Notes under the pieces: generated by a model
The model's input: the letters and a program-made list of their open reading frames with translations, nothing else
Told to the model about the DNA's origin: nothing
Database searches by the model: none
Translations under genes and position numbers: made by a program
In this document: one piece after another, positions 55,401-64,000 of the stretch
Layout of the letters: each line of letters begins with the position of its first letter
Position numbering within the stretch: position 1 is the stretch's first letter
Assembly (NCBI GenBank): GCA_050693935.1
Contig: JBOGWU010000277.1
Coordinates: 1,289 to 65,288 of the forward strand
DNA length: 64,000 nucleotides
Reading direction: 5' to 3'
Source of the DNA: Actinomycetota bacterium
GTDB taxonomy: Bacteria > Actinomycetota > CADDZG01 > WHSQ01

Positions 55401-56149
55401 AAAAGACCTCCGTTCACGTTGACGGTTTCCCCGGTGATGAACGCGGCCTCGTCGGAGACGAGGAAACGAACCGTGGCGGCCACCTCTTCGGGACGGCCCC
55501 TGCGCCCAACCGGAATGCGTCGCTCATCATGATGCTTTGGCTCTTCACCGCTCCTGACCGTGTCGATCATTCCCGGCGACACCGTATTCACAGTGACGTT
55601 GTGCTCCGCGAACTCGAGTGCGAGCGCCTTGGTTAGGCCCAGCAGCGCGGCCTTGGCCGTTACGACGTGGGCGCGATGCGTGGCGCCGGTCTGCCCCGTC
55701 AGCCCACCGATCATCACGATGCGGCCCCAGCCGGCCTCGACCATGTCGGGAAGGACCTCACGGCTGGTGAAAAAGGCGCCGTCCACGATGACATCGACGA
55801 TCTCTCGCCATTGGTCGTGCGATAGCTCGAGGAACGAAGCTTCGCGGCGCACGGCGGCGGCATGCACCAAGATCGTCGGAGGACCAAGCTCCCGTCGCAC
55901 TCGATCCACCGCGGCCCTCACCGCAGACTCGTCTCGAACGTCCGCGACCAAGGCCAGTGCTCGCCGTCCCCGAGCGCGCACCTCGTCGGCGACGCCGGAG
56001 GCCGCGGAGCCATCGGAGCCCACCAACACCGCGACGTCGGCCTCAGAGGAAGCCAGCTGGAGCGCGATGGCTCGTCCGATGTTGCGTCCTCCCCCGGTCA
56101 CGAGCGCGATCCGTGGAATGGAATGCTCCCCGTCGGTTCTGCTGGTCAC
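55391..56149 (-). CDS. SDR family oxidoreductase (FabG-like)
   Basis: 252 aa: ALVTGGGRNIGRAIAL...HAAA...YVTAKAAL (YxxxK)...VNTVSPGMI. Its 3' end overlaps the downstream start by 10 nt. Confidence 0.85.
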   Translation of the reverse strand: MTSRTDGEHSIPRIALVTGGGRNIGRAIALQLASSEADVAVLVGSDGSAASGVADEVRARGRRALALVADVRDESAVRAAVDRVRRELGPPTILVHAAAVRREASFLELSHDQWREIVDVIVDGAFFTSREVLPDMVEAGWGRIVMIGGLTGQTGATHRAHVVTAKAALLGLTKALALEFAEHNVTVNTVSPGMIDTVRSGEEPKHHDERRIPVGRRGRPEEVAATVRFLVSDEAAFITGETVNVNGGLLCR

Positions 56150-56254
56150 AGCGCGTCACCCTCGACTCGATTCGCACAGCCCGGACAAATGGTGCAGCGG
56201 CATCCGTATGATATGCACCGCAGAGACGTCTACTACACGGAAAGGCATTCCACG

Positions 56255-57064
56255 GTGCAGAACGACGGACCGAAGACCGTCCAGACGTTCGATCGAGCGG
56301 TCGCCATCCTGGACGCCTTCACCACCGACCGGCCGGAGCTTGGTGTCTCGGAGATCGCGCGTGTCACGGGACTGAGCCGGAGCACGGTTCACCGCCTTCT
56401 GGCGACGCTGCGCCGTCATGAGCTCGTGCAGCAGATTCCGACCACCAGGAACTACGCCCTCGGCCCCCATCTGCTCCGTCTCGCCCAGATCGCCTTCTCG
56501 AACGTCAATCTGCAAAACGTGGCGAAGACGGTGATGATCGAACTGCGCGATCGGTGCGGCGAGACCGTGGGTCTTCACATTCGTCTCGGCCCGTTTACGC
56601 GCACGGTGCTGGATCAGGTCGAGAGCAAACAGGCTCTCCGCAGGACTTACAACGAGATCGGTGTGGCGATACCCATCTACCAGGGCGCGCCGGGAAAGGT
56701 GCTGCTCGGTAACGACGACCCCGAATTCCAGGAGAAGGTCCTGTCCGGCAAGCTCGAGGCCGCCACCACTCGCACGATCACGGACCCCGTCAAGCTGCGT
56801 GCGGAGCTCATACGCGCCAGGAAGAACGGCTACGCCTTCTCGTTCGAGGAGCGCGTGGTGGGCATCTCCACAGTGGCCGTGCCCATCGCGGATCACACGG
56901 GAGTGGTCATCGCGGCCTTGAGCGTGACCGGCCCGAACAGCCGCGTCGGCCGCAAGCAACTACTCGAGTTCGTCCCCCATGCGCGGGATGCCGCACGGAG
57001 GATCTCGGCGAGCCTCGGGTTCACGGGCGACTTCCTGCCCCCCGCGTCGACCGCCACCTCCTAG
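56255..57064 (+). CDS. IclR family transcriptional regulator
   Basis: This is ORF 55862..57064 trimmed to the GTG at 56255. Blocks present: VQTFDRAVAILDAF...LGVSEIARVTGLSRSTVHRLLATL...GYAFSFEERVVGISTVAVPI. Confidence 0.85.
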   Translation: MQNDGPKTVQTFDRAVAILDAFTTDRPELGVSEIARVTGLSRSTVHRLLATLRRHELVQQIPTTRNYALGPHLLRLAQIAFSNVNLQNVAKTVMIELRDRCGETVGLHIRLGPFTRTVLDQVESKQALRRTYNEIGVAIPIYQGAPGKVLLGNDDPEFQEKVLSGKLEAATTRTITDPVKLRAELIRARKNGYAFSFEERVVGISTVAVPIADHTGVVIAALSVTGPNSRVGRKQLLEFVPHARDAARRISASLGFTGDFLPPASTATS

Positions 57065-57139
57065 TCGGCCGCTCTTTCTCCCAAATAGGGCGTTTGACGC
57101 ATCCTGTACTTCGACCTAACTTTGCATACAGTAGAATCA

Positions 57140-57158
57140 CGTTCCGCATCATGGAACG
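57140..57158. promoter_or_regulatory. Inverted repeat CGTTCC-N7-GGAACG just downstream of a TAGAAT -10-like hexamer (57132-57137): candidate operator and promoter of the dehydrogenase/PrpD/tct operon
   Basis: Coordinates were checked against the frame of ORF 57094. The site lies in the 137-nt gap between the IclR gene and the IPMDH-like gene. Confidence 0.35.
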
Positions 57159-57201
57159 GCTCGTTGGATGCAACCAACCATGCATTCGGGGGGATGCAGG
57201 G

Positions 57202-58323
57202 ATGCCGGGACCTCTCAAGCGACTCCACATCGGCGTGATGCTCGGGGACGACATCGGCCCCGAGATCGTTCCGCAGGCGGTAAAGGTCATGCGGGCGGCG
57301 GCCGGACGGGAGCCCGGGCTCGAGCTGGAGTTCCACGACTGGCCCGTGGGGTGGTCGAGCTATCTGGACAACGGGCACACCCTGCCGAACGAGACGCTCG
57401 ACGGTCTGGGCAACATGGACGGCATCATCCTGGGCCCCATCGGTCATGCGGCCTACCCGCGAGGTCGCCCCGAGTGCGTCAACCCTCATCCCATCATCCG
57501 CAAGCACTTCGACCTGTTCGCGAACCTGAGACCGGCCCGCACGCGTGCGACGCTGCCGCACCTCCACTCCGACGTCGACATCCTGGTCGTGCGCGAGAAC
57601 AACGAAGGGTTTCAGCCCGACCGCAACATGGTGGCCGGCTCAGGAGAGTTCCAGCCGACCGAGGACAGCGCGTTCAGCATCCGAGTCATCACCAAGCGGC
57701 AGTCGGAACGCATCGCACGCGTGTCGTTCGATGCTGCTCGCAGGCGCAACGGGAAGCGACGGGTAACGGCCATCCACAAGCGATCGGTGTTCAAGCTGAC
57801 CGACGGCCTCTTCATGGATACCGTCGAGGAGGTTTCGAAGGACTACCCCGACATCACTCTGGACGATCATCAGATCGACACCGCGGCGCTTCATCTGGTC
57901 ATGCGGCCGCAGAACTTCGACGTGCTGTGCTGCTCCAACATGTTCGGGGACATCCTGTCCGACCTCACAGCCGGCCTCGTCGGTGGGATGGGCCTTGCCG
58001 CTGCCCTCAGCGCCGGAGATGACCACGCCATGGCGCAGGCGACCCACGGGTCCGCGCCCGATATCTCGGGTAAGGGAATCGCCAACCCCTACGCGATCAT
58101 CCTCTCGGCCAAGATGCTGTTGGAGTGGCTCTATGAGAAGCATCAAGACCCGCGCCTCCAGCGAGCCGCGCTGTGTATCGATGTGGCCGTCGAAAGAGCT
58201 TTGGCAGAGGGCAAGTACCTGACACCGGATCTCGGGGGAAGCGCATCGACCCAAGAGGTGGGCGATGCGATCGCCGAGAGCTGCACGACCGTAGCCATCG
58301 ATCCACCCGATGGGAAAGGGTAG
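57202..58323 (+). CDS. Isocitrate/isopropylmalate dehydrogenase-family beta-decarboxylating dehydrogenase (divergent member)
   Basis: This is ORF 57094..58323 trimmed to the ATG at 57202. Blocks present: IGVMLGDDIGPEIV...NLRPAR...VVRENNEGF...IHKRSVFK...SNMFGDILSDL...HGSAPDISGKGIANP. Confidence 0.75.
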   Translation: MPGPLKRLHIGVMLGDDIGPEIVPQAVKVMRAAAGREPGLELEFHDWPVGWSSYLDNGHTLPNETLDGLGNMDGIILGPIGHAAYPRGRPECVNPHPIIRKHFDLFANLRPARTRATLPHLHSDVDILVVRENNEGFQPDRNMVAGSGEFQPTEDSAFSIRVITKRQSERIARVSFDAARRRNGKRRVTAIHKRSVFKLTDGLFMDTVEEVSKDYPDITLDDHQIDTAALHLVMRPQNFDVLCCSNMFGDILSDLTAGLVGGMGLAAALSAGDDHAMAQATHGSAPDISGKGIANPYAIILSAKMLLEWLYEKHQDPRLQRAALCIDVAVERALAEGKYLTPDLGGSASTQEVGDAIAESCTTVAIDPPDGKG

Positions 58324-58325
58324 CC

Positions 58326-59705
58326 ATGTCTCTAACGCACTACGTCGCCGAGTTCTCATTGAGCCTCGACTACGACGACATCCCCGAGGGCGTGCGACGC
58401 ACCGCCATCGAGCACATCCTGGATGGGTACGGGCTGGCACTGAGCGGCCATGCGGAGGAGGGTCATGCGATCCTCCGTCGCTACGCTCAGCGCGCGAGCT
58501 GCGCCGAGGAGGTCGTCGTCTTCGGGACCTCGCTTCGTTCGACCGCGGAACTCGCCGCTCTGGTCAACGGACAGGCCATGCACGCCATGGACTACGACGA
58601 CACCCAGCTCTCGACCAACCCGGCCAGTGTCTACGGTCTGCTGACCCATCCCACGACGCCCGTGCTCGGCGCGACCTCCGCGGTCGCCGAGCTGACCGGG
58701 GCTTCGGGCCGCGATCTCCTGACCGCGTACGTCGCCGGCGTGGAAGTCGCATGCCGGACCTCGGACGCGTCGGATCCCCGCCACTACCAAAAGGGCTTCC
58801 ACTCCACCGGCACCTTCGGCGCCATCGGAGCCGCTGCGGGAGCGGCCAAGCTCTTTGGACTCACGACGGAGCAGACGCAGTTCTGTCTCGGAATCGCCGC
58901 CTCTCTCTCCGGCGGCTATCGAGAAAACTTCGGGACGATGACCAAGCCGCTGCACGCGGGCCAGGCCGCTCAGGCCGGGGTGTTCGCGGCCCGCTTGGCC
59001 CACGACGGCTTCACCGCAGCGCGGAACATTCTCGAGGCCAAGCGCGGCATGTACGAGGCCTCGAGCGACGGCTACGAGCCCACCCGCATCGACGGCAAGC
59101 TCGGCTCGCCGTTCTTCCTGGAGGATCCTGGCGTGTCCATCAAGCCCTACCCCTCGGGGTCGCTATCGCATCCGGGTCAGGACGCGGTGCTCGAGTTGGT
59201 GCGCGAGCACGACCTGAAGCCCGAGGACGTCACCGAGGCCATCGCCGGCACCAACTCCGCGACCACCAACGCGCTCATCTATCCCCTGCCTCAGACGGCG
59301 CTCGAAGCGAAGTTCTCGTTCCCGTTCTTCCTTGCGATTGCGATCCTCCGCCACAAGGTGGGCATCGAGGAGTTCCGCGATGAGGTAGTGCTCGATCCCG
59401 AGGTGCAGGAGCTGATGAAACGTTGCCACCATGTGGTCGACGAGGAGATCGACGCACGCGGCTTCCAGCACATGGACACACGCGTGGTCATCAAGCTGAA
59501 GGACGGACGCGTGCTCGAGAAGCTCGAGTCGTTTGCCACCGGCCACCCCAACAAGCCCATGACCCACGACCAGCTCGAGACCAAGTTCTTCGAATGTGCG
59601 GAGCTCGCCATCGACCGGGACCGTGCCCGGCTCGCAGCCGACATCATCTGGCGGCTGGATGAGCTGGGTCACGTGGGCAAGCTCCACGAAATGCTGGCGA
59701 GCTGA
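58326..59705 (+). CDS. MmgE/PrpD family protein (2-methylcitrate dehydratase-like)
   Basis: This is ORF 58173..59705 trimmed to the ATG at 58326, 3 nt after the upstream stop. Blocks present: VAEFSLSLDYDDIPEGV...NGQAMHAMDYDDT...GFHSTGTFGAIGAAAGAAKL...GTMTKPLHAGQAAQAG. Confidence 0.85.
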   Translation: MSLTHYVAEFSLSLDYDDIPEGVRRTAIEHILDGYGLALSGHAEEGHAILRRYAQRASCAEEVVVFGTSLRSTAELAALVNGQAMHAMDYDDTQLSTNPASVYGLLTHPTTPVLGATSAVAELTGASGRDLLTAYVAGVEVACRTSDASDPRHYQKGFHSTGTFGAIGAAAGAAKLFGLTTEQTQFCLGIAASLSGGYRENFGTMTKPLHAGQAAQAGVFAARLAHDGFTAARNILEAKRGMYEASSDGYEPTRIDGKLGSPFFLEDPGVSIKPYPSGSLSHPGQDAVLELVREHDLKPEDVTEAIAGTNSATTNALIYPLPQTALEAKFSFPFFLAIAILRHKVGIEEFRDEVVLDPEVQELMKRCHHVVDEEIDARGFQHMDTRVVIKLKDGRVLEKLESFATGHPNKPMTHDQLETKFFECAELAIDRDRARLAADIIWRLDELGHVGKLHEMLAS

Positions 59706-59721
59706 TCATGGAGCCAACGGC

Positions 59722-60198
59722 GTGAAGACCAGGACCAGAGCACAGCGGATCGACGTCGGCCTTGGGGCGATAGTCGTCGCGCTGGGCATCTTCGTCCTCC
59801 TACAGGGTCAGGAACTGGACTTCTATCTGGATGGAATCCCGGGCCCGGGATTCTTTCCAACTCTGCTGGCGGGGGCCCTGGCGATCACCGGAGCGCTGTT
59901 GTGCCTCAGCGGCCTCGTCGGCAGCAAGGACACCTCAGGAGACATCGAGCCCGCCACTCGGGAGCAGGCGAAGCGTTCCCTGGGAATCTGGGTCGCGATG
60001 CTTGCGTCGGTGCTGCTGATCTCCTTCGTCGGGTTTCTCATCGCGATGTTCGTACTTGTGGGAGTTCTCATCTTCGGGCTCGAGGGCCAGCGAAACCTCA
60101 GGGGCCTAGCCGCGGTGATCCTCATTCCCCTGTCGTGTTACATGCTGTTCGCAGAGTTACTCCAGGTCCAGCTGCCGACGGGGGTGTTCGGGATCTGA
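59722..60198 (+). CDS. tctB: Tripartite tricarboxylate transporter small membrane subunit TctB
   Basis: This is ORF 59596..60198 trimmed to the GTG at 59722. It has 158 aa, 4 TM segments and GPGFFPTLLAG. Confidence 0.75.
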   Translation: MKTRTRAQRIDVGLGAIVVALGIFVLLQGQELDFYLDGIPGPGFFPTLLAGALAITGALLCLSGLVGSKDTSGDIEPATREQAKRSLGIWVAMLASVLLISFVGFLIAMFVLVGVLIFGLEGQRNLRGLAAVILIPLSCYMLFAELLQVQLPTGVFGI

Positions 60199-61793
60199 TG
60201 GAGGCGCTACAAGGACTTGCCGACGGGTTTGCGGCGGCGATAACGCCGACCAACCTCTTCTGGGCGTTCTTCGGAGTGGTCGCCGGGACGCTCGTCGGAG
60301 TGCTGCCGGGACTCGGCCCCCCCGCCACCATCGCCATCTTGCTGCCGCTCTCGATCAACCTCGAGCCGGCAACGGGGCTAATCATGATGGCGGGCATCTA
60401 TTACGGCGCTAAGTACGGCGGTTCGACTACCTCGATCCTCCTCAACATTCCCGGGGAAGACGCGTCGGTAGTGACCGCGTTCGATGGGTACCAAATGGCC
60501 CGGCAGGGCAGAGCCGGGCCCGCTTTAGGCATCGCCGCGATCGGCTCCTTCATCGCGGGGACCGTGGGCCTGATCGGGCTCACTTTTCTCGCACCGGCCG
60601 TTGCGCAGCTGGCGATCGTCTTCGGGCCCCCCGAGTACGCGGCCCTCATGCTGTTGGGATTGAGCCTCGTCATGATCCTGGCGGGTGCCTCGAAGCTCAA
60701 AGCCGTTATCTCAGGGCTGCTTGGGTTTCTGCTGTCGACGATTGGCCTCGACCTGTTCACGGGATCCACGCGCTTCACGTTTGGTCAGATCGATCTTGCC
60801 AACGGAGTCGAGTTCGTCGCTCTCAGCATCGGCATCTTCGCCCTGGGTGAAGTGATGGTCAACGTCGAGGAAGAGACGGGACACCAGCTCTTCAAGGTCC
60901 CCAAGAAGCTGAGGGAGCTATTCCCCACCAAGAAGGACTTCAAGGACTCCGCAGGCTCGATCGCGCAGGGGTCGGTGGTCGGATTCTTCATCGGGGCACT
61001 GCCCGGGGCGGGTTCGACCGTAGCCTCGTTCATCAGCTACACCCTGGCTAAGCGCTTCTCGCGTCACCGCGAGGAGTTCGGCAAGGGCGCCATCGCCGGA
61101 GTCGCCGCGCCCGAGGCCGCAAACAATTCCGCAACCGCGGGCGCTTTCGTCCCGCTGTTGACCCTTGGGATCCCCGGCTCGGCAACCACAGCGATCATGC
61201 TCGGGGCGCTGTTCCTTTATGGGCTGCAGCCCGGACCGTTGTTCTTCACTGAGAACCCCGACGTCGTATGGCCGATCATCGCGAGCATGTATATCGGCAA
61301 TGTGATGTTGGTGGTGCTGAACCTTCCGCTGGTGCCGGTGTTCGCGAGCATCCTGAGAATTCCGTACTACATCATGTACCCCGCGATCGTCGTCATCTCC
61401 GTCATCGGCGTTTACAGCATCAACGGCTCGATGTTCGACGTGGGACTGCTCGTCATCTTCGGCCTGCTCGGCTACGTGATGCGAAAGGTTGGTCTGCCGA
61501 CCGCTCCCCTGGTCCTCGCCTTCGTGCTCGGGCCGCTGTTCGAGCAGGCCGTACGCCGGTCGCTGGTGATTTCGCAAGGCAGTCCGGAGATCTTCATCAC
61601 TCGTCCGTGGAGCATCGTGTTCATTGTCGTCACCGCCCTGATGATCCTCGGACCCATGCTGGCCGCGCTGCGCGGGCGTACGGCGACGCCGGACCAGAGC
61701 GACGAGGCGGTCCCGAGGAACGAGCCGCCACCGGACGATCAAGAGGGCGACGGCGTCGCAAAGAAACCCGACGAGTTCCGATCCAACGTCTAG
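60198..61793 (+). CDS. tctA: Tripartite tricarboxylate transporter permease TctA
   Basis: This is ORF 59901..61793 trimmed to the ATG at 60198, which overlaps the tctB stop (TGATG). Blocks present: [17 protein letters not shown]...[20 protein letters not shown]...[16 protein letters not shown]...[27 protein letters not shown]. Confidence 0.9.
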   Translation: MEALQGLADGFAAAITPTNLFWAFFGVVAGTLVGVLPGLGPPATIAILLPLSINLEPATGLIMMAGIYYGAKYGGSTTSILLNIPGEDASVVTAFDGYQMARQGRAGPALGIAAIGSFIAGTVGLIGLTFLAPAVAQLAIVFGPPEYAALMLLGLSLVMILAGASKLKAVISGLLGFLLSTIGLDLFTGSTRFTFGQIDLANGVEFVALSIGIFALGEVMVNVEEETGHQLFKVPKKLRELFPTKKDFKDSAGSIAQGSVVGFFIGALPGAGSTVASFISYTLAKRFSRHREEFGKGAIAGVAAPEAANNSATAGAFVPLLTLGIPGSATTAIMLGALFLYGLQPGPLFFTENPDVVWPIIASMYIGNVMLVVLNLPLVPVFASILRIPYYIMYPAIVVISVIGVYSINGSMFDVGLLVIFGLLGYVMRKVGLPTAPLVLAFVLGPLFEQAVRRSLVISQGSPEIFITRPWSIVFIVVTALMILGPMLAALRGRTATPDQSDEAVPRNEPPPDDQEGDGVAKKPDEFRSNV

Positions 61794-61796
61794 ACC

Positions 61797-62828
61797 GTGG
61801 AGGTTCGAATGCTTGGTAGTCGAAAGACAGTGTCACTGTTGTCCGCCCTGCTGCTCGTGTTTGCCGCAGGCTGTGGGCTGAACACTGATGATTCATCGGA
61901 CGACGGCGGTGGTGGGGGCGGGGAGGCCTCAGCGCCTTCCGAAACCGAGTTCCTCGTCCACACGGGTCCCGGAGGTGGGAGCGACATCTTCGTTCGCGAC
62001 GTCATCTCGATGTTGAGAGACGAGGAGATCATCTCCAAAAACTGGCCGGTTCGAAACGAGGAGGCCGGTGAGGGCGCGGGAGCGATGTCCTACCTGCTGA
62101 GCAAGGCCAGCGAGGACGGCAACATCTCCGCCATGACCACGACCTGGCTGACCACGCCGAACACCATCGAAGGGGCCGAAACGACGGTGTCGGACCTCAC
62201 CCCCGTAGCCGGCCTCATCATCGAGCCCGAGGTGATGGCGGTCACGGCCGACTCGCCCTACGAGACGCTGACGGACTTCGTCGACGACGCCAAGGAGAAT
62301 CCGGGCGACCTCGTTCAGGCCGGAGGCTCTACCACCGAGGTGGGAGCACTGAACGGAAAGGCGCTTGCCACCGAGGCGGGCACGAGCTGGGAGTTCCTCT
62401 CCTTCGAGGAGGTCGGGCAGCGCATCGCGGCAATGCTGAACGGTGACGCCGACATGATGTTCGGGAGCGCGCAGGACTTCATCTCCCAGGTCGAGGCCGG
62501 CAAGCTCAAGATCATCGCGACCATCAGCCCCGAGCCCTCGCCGATCTACCCCGACGCGCCCACCACCGAGGACGAGGGTTTCACGACCGAACTGGTGCCG
62601 CAGGTCCGCGGCATCATGGCCCCTCCGGACATCCCCGCCGACGCACTCGAGTACTACCAGGGTGTGTTCTCGGATCTTGTCGAGACCGAGTCGTGGCAGG
62701 AGTTCGCGGAGAAGAACGGCGTCGTGACCGACCTGCGACTGGGTGAGGAGTGGGGCGACTTCCTCACCGAACAAGAAGAGGTCGTTCGGGAGAAGCTCGA
62801 CGAGGTCGGCCTGTTGATCGAGAACTGA
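61797..62828 (+). CDS. tctC: Tripartite tricarboxylate transporter substrate-binding protein TctC (Bug family), lipoprotein
   Basis: 343 aa. The lipobox is LLVFAAGC, followed by a Gly/Asp/Ser linker. The start is the GTG at 61797 or the ATG at 61809. Confidence 0.8.
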   Translation: MEVRMLGSRKTVSLLSALLLVFAAGCGLNTDDSSDDGGGGGGEASAPSETEFLVHTGPGGGSDIFVRDVISMLRDEEIISKNWPVRNEEAGEGAGAMSYLLSKASEDGNISAMTTTWLTTPNTIEGAETTVSDLTPVAGLIIEPEVMAVTADSPYETLTDFVDDAKENPGDLVQAGGSTTEVGALNGKALATEAGTSWEFLSFEEVGQRIAAMLNGDADMMFGSAQDFISQVEAGKLKIIATISPEPSPIYPDAPTTEDEGFTTELVPQVRGIMAPPDIPADALEYYQGVFSDLVETESWQEFAEKNGVVTDLRLGEEWGDFLTEQEEVVREKLDEVGLLIEN

Positions 62829-62833
62829 TCGAC

Positions 62834-64000
62834 TTGGGTGCGACCACCACCATCTCCGAGTTCGTCGCCGGGCTCGGGATGGGAGGCATTCCCGACGAGG
62901 TGGCCCACCAGGGCAAGCGATGCCTGATCGACTGGCTCGGTGTGACCCTCGCGGGATCGGCCGACCCCTCGGCCGGGGTGCTTCTCGCCGTCGCGGACGA
63001 GATCGCCCCGGTTCCCCACGCGACGGTGCTCGGCTGCGGACGGCGCACCGGATTGCTGGGTGCGGCCCTGACCAACGGGTATCTGTCGCACGTGCTCGAC
63101 TACGACGACACGTATAACCCGGCGCGCACGACCGTGCACGGCAGCGCGCCGGTGTGGCCGGCCGTGTTAGGGCTGGCCGAAACGCGCGGGGTGTCGGGGG
63201 CCGACGCGCTCGTGGCCTTCGTCTGCGGCTTCGAGACCGAGGTCAGAGTCGCTCTTGCGGCCGGGCCCGCACACTACGAGGCCGGCTGGCACGTCACCGG
63301 CACGGTCGGGCACCTGGGCGCGGCGGCGGCCGCCGCGAGACTGCTTGGCCTGAAGCCCACCTCGATCGCCCACGCGCTGGGCGCGGCCGGGACGCAGGCC
63401 GCCGGACTCAAGGGCGTATACGGCAGCATGGGCAAGGCGCTTCATCCAGGCAAGGCCGCCATGGACGGGCTCCTCGCCGCCCTGCTCGCGGCCGAGGGCT
63501 TCGACGGATCGACCACCATCCTCGAGGCGAAGCATGGGTTCCTTCGGGTGCTGTCGCCCGATCCCGACCCCGAGCTCGTTTGCGAAGGTCTCGGCGAGCG
63601 TTGGATGCTGCCCGACGATGGCTTCAAGCCCTACGCATGTGGGTCGCTCACACATCCCATCATCGAGGCCGTGATCGCGCTCCGGGCCGAGCACGACCTG
63701 ACCGCGCGCGACATCGCAGCCATCGAGGCGACCGTCAACGACTATGTGTCCTGGGTCACGGCCAAGGACCAGCCGGCGACGGGGCTCGAGGGGAAGTTCA
63801 GCATCTTCCACTGTGCCGCGGTCGCGGCGGTCGACGGCGCGGCAAGCGTCGCGCAATTCACCGACGAGCGCGTGAACGATCCCGAGGTCGTCGCGATGAG
63901 GAGCCGGGTGTCGATCGTCGTCGACGACGCTCTGGCGAAGGACGCGGCCGCGGTCAGGCTCACGCTGACCGACGGGAGCACACTCACCCAGGAGATCCCG
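62834..64000 (+). CDS. Second MmgE/PrpD family protein (3' end beyond the window)
   Basis: My own translation gives LGATTTISEFVAGLGMGGIPDEVAHQGKRCLIDWLGV...NGYLSHVLDYDDTY...GWHVTGTVGHLGAAAAAARL...GSMGKALHPGKAAMDG...FKPYACGS.... The frame is open to 64000 and is not in the ORF track (no stop). The start (TTG 62834 or an upstream CTG) is uncertain. Confidence 0.8.
   Translation, partial: MGATTTISEFVAGLGMGGIPDEVAHQGKRCLIDWLGVTLAGSADPSAGVLLAVADEIAPVPHATVLGCGRRTGLLGAALTNGYLSHVLDYDDTYNPARTTVHGSAPVWPAVLGLAETRGVSGADALVAFVCGFETEVRVALAAGPAHYEAGWHVTGTVGHLGAAAAAARLLGLKPTSIAHALGAAGTQAAGLKGVYGSMGKALHPGKAAMDGLLAALLAAEGFDGSTTILEAKHGFLRVLSPDPDPELVCEGLGERWMLPDDGFKPYACGSLTHPIIEAVIALRAEHDLTARDIAAIEATVNDYVSWVTAKDQPATGLEGKFSIFHCAAVAAVDGAASVAQFTDERVNDPEVVAMRSRVSIVVDDALAKDAAAVRLTLTDGSTLTQEIP

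Overview
The window is GC-rich and gene-dense and looks chromosomal, most likely from an Actinomycetota genome. Supporting this are a mycothiol-type formaldehyde dehydrogenase paired with an MBL hydrolase, a DUF222/HNH element, a SARP/AfsR-type regulator, and an etfBA ... iscS-mnmA ... ligA backbone. I support about 60 CDS and saw no rRNA, tRNA or CRISPR array.

Layout:
- 1-6.3 kb: ligA (partial), a GNAT, a CrtI-like oxidoreductase, and a partner-switching operon (GAF-PP2C-HATPase fusion, two STAS proteins, one hypothetical).
- 6.9-15.3 kb: seven tandem, same-strand paralogs of a ~400-aa polytopic membrane protein. They are linked by 4-nt ATGA/GTGA stop/start overlaps, and one copy is frameshifted.
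- 15.5-18.4 kb: a 957-aa wHTH-BTAD-ATPase-TPR regulator, divergent from the array.
- 18.8-26.4 kb: a decayed DUF222/HNH gene, iscS-mnmA-methyltransferase-SseB, a guanine deaminase, and a lone pilT.
- 26.4-45 kb: an envelope glycan cluster. It holds UDP-sulfoquinovose synthase, rmlA/rmlB, a WecE-type aminotransferase, an ArnC-like GT2, a sulfotransferase, methyltransferases, flippase-like proteins and several GT-C-like membrane proteins.
- 45-53 kb: etfBA and housekeeping or detoxification genes.
- 54-64 kb: an IclR-associated organic-acid cluster (two IPMDH-family dehydrogenases, two MmgE/PrpD proteins, an SDR, tctBAC).

The best candidate for an undescribed system is the seven-gene array of output-less, sensor-like membrane proteins. 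It sits between the SARP-type regulator and the sigma-less partner-switching operon. An identical 15-nt motif with a palindromic core occurs in both flanking divergent promoter regions.

Several 1-nt indel frameshifts (two of five at homopolymer runs of five, one at a T3 run) suggest either assembly errors or real pseudogenes.

All calls come from reading the translations and the sequence. No database search was run.
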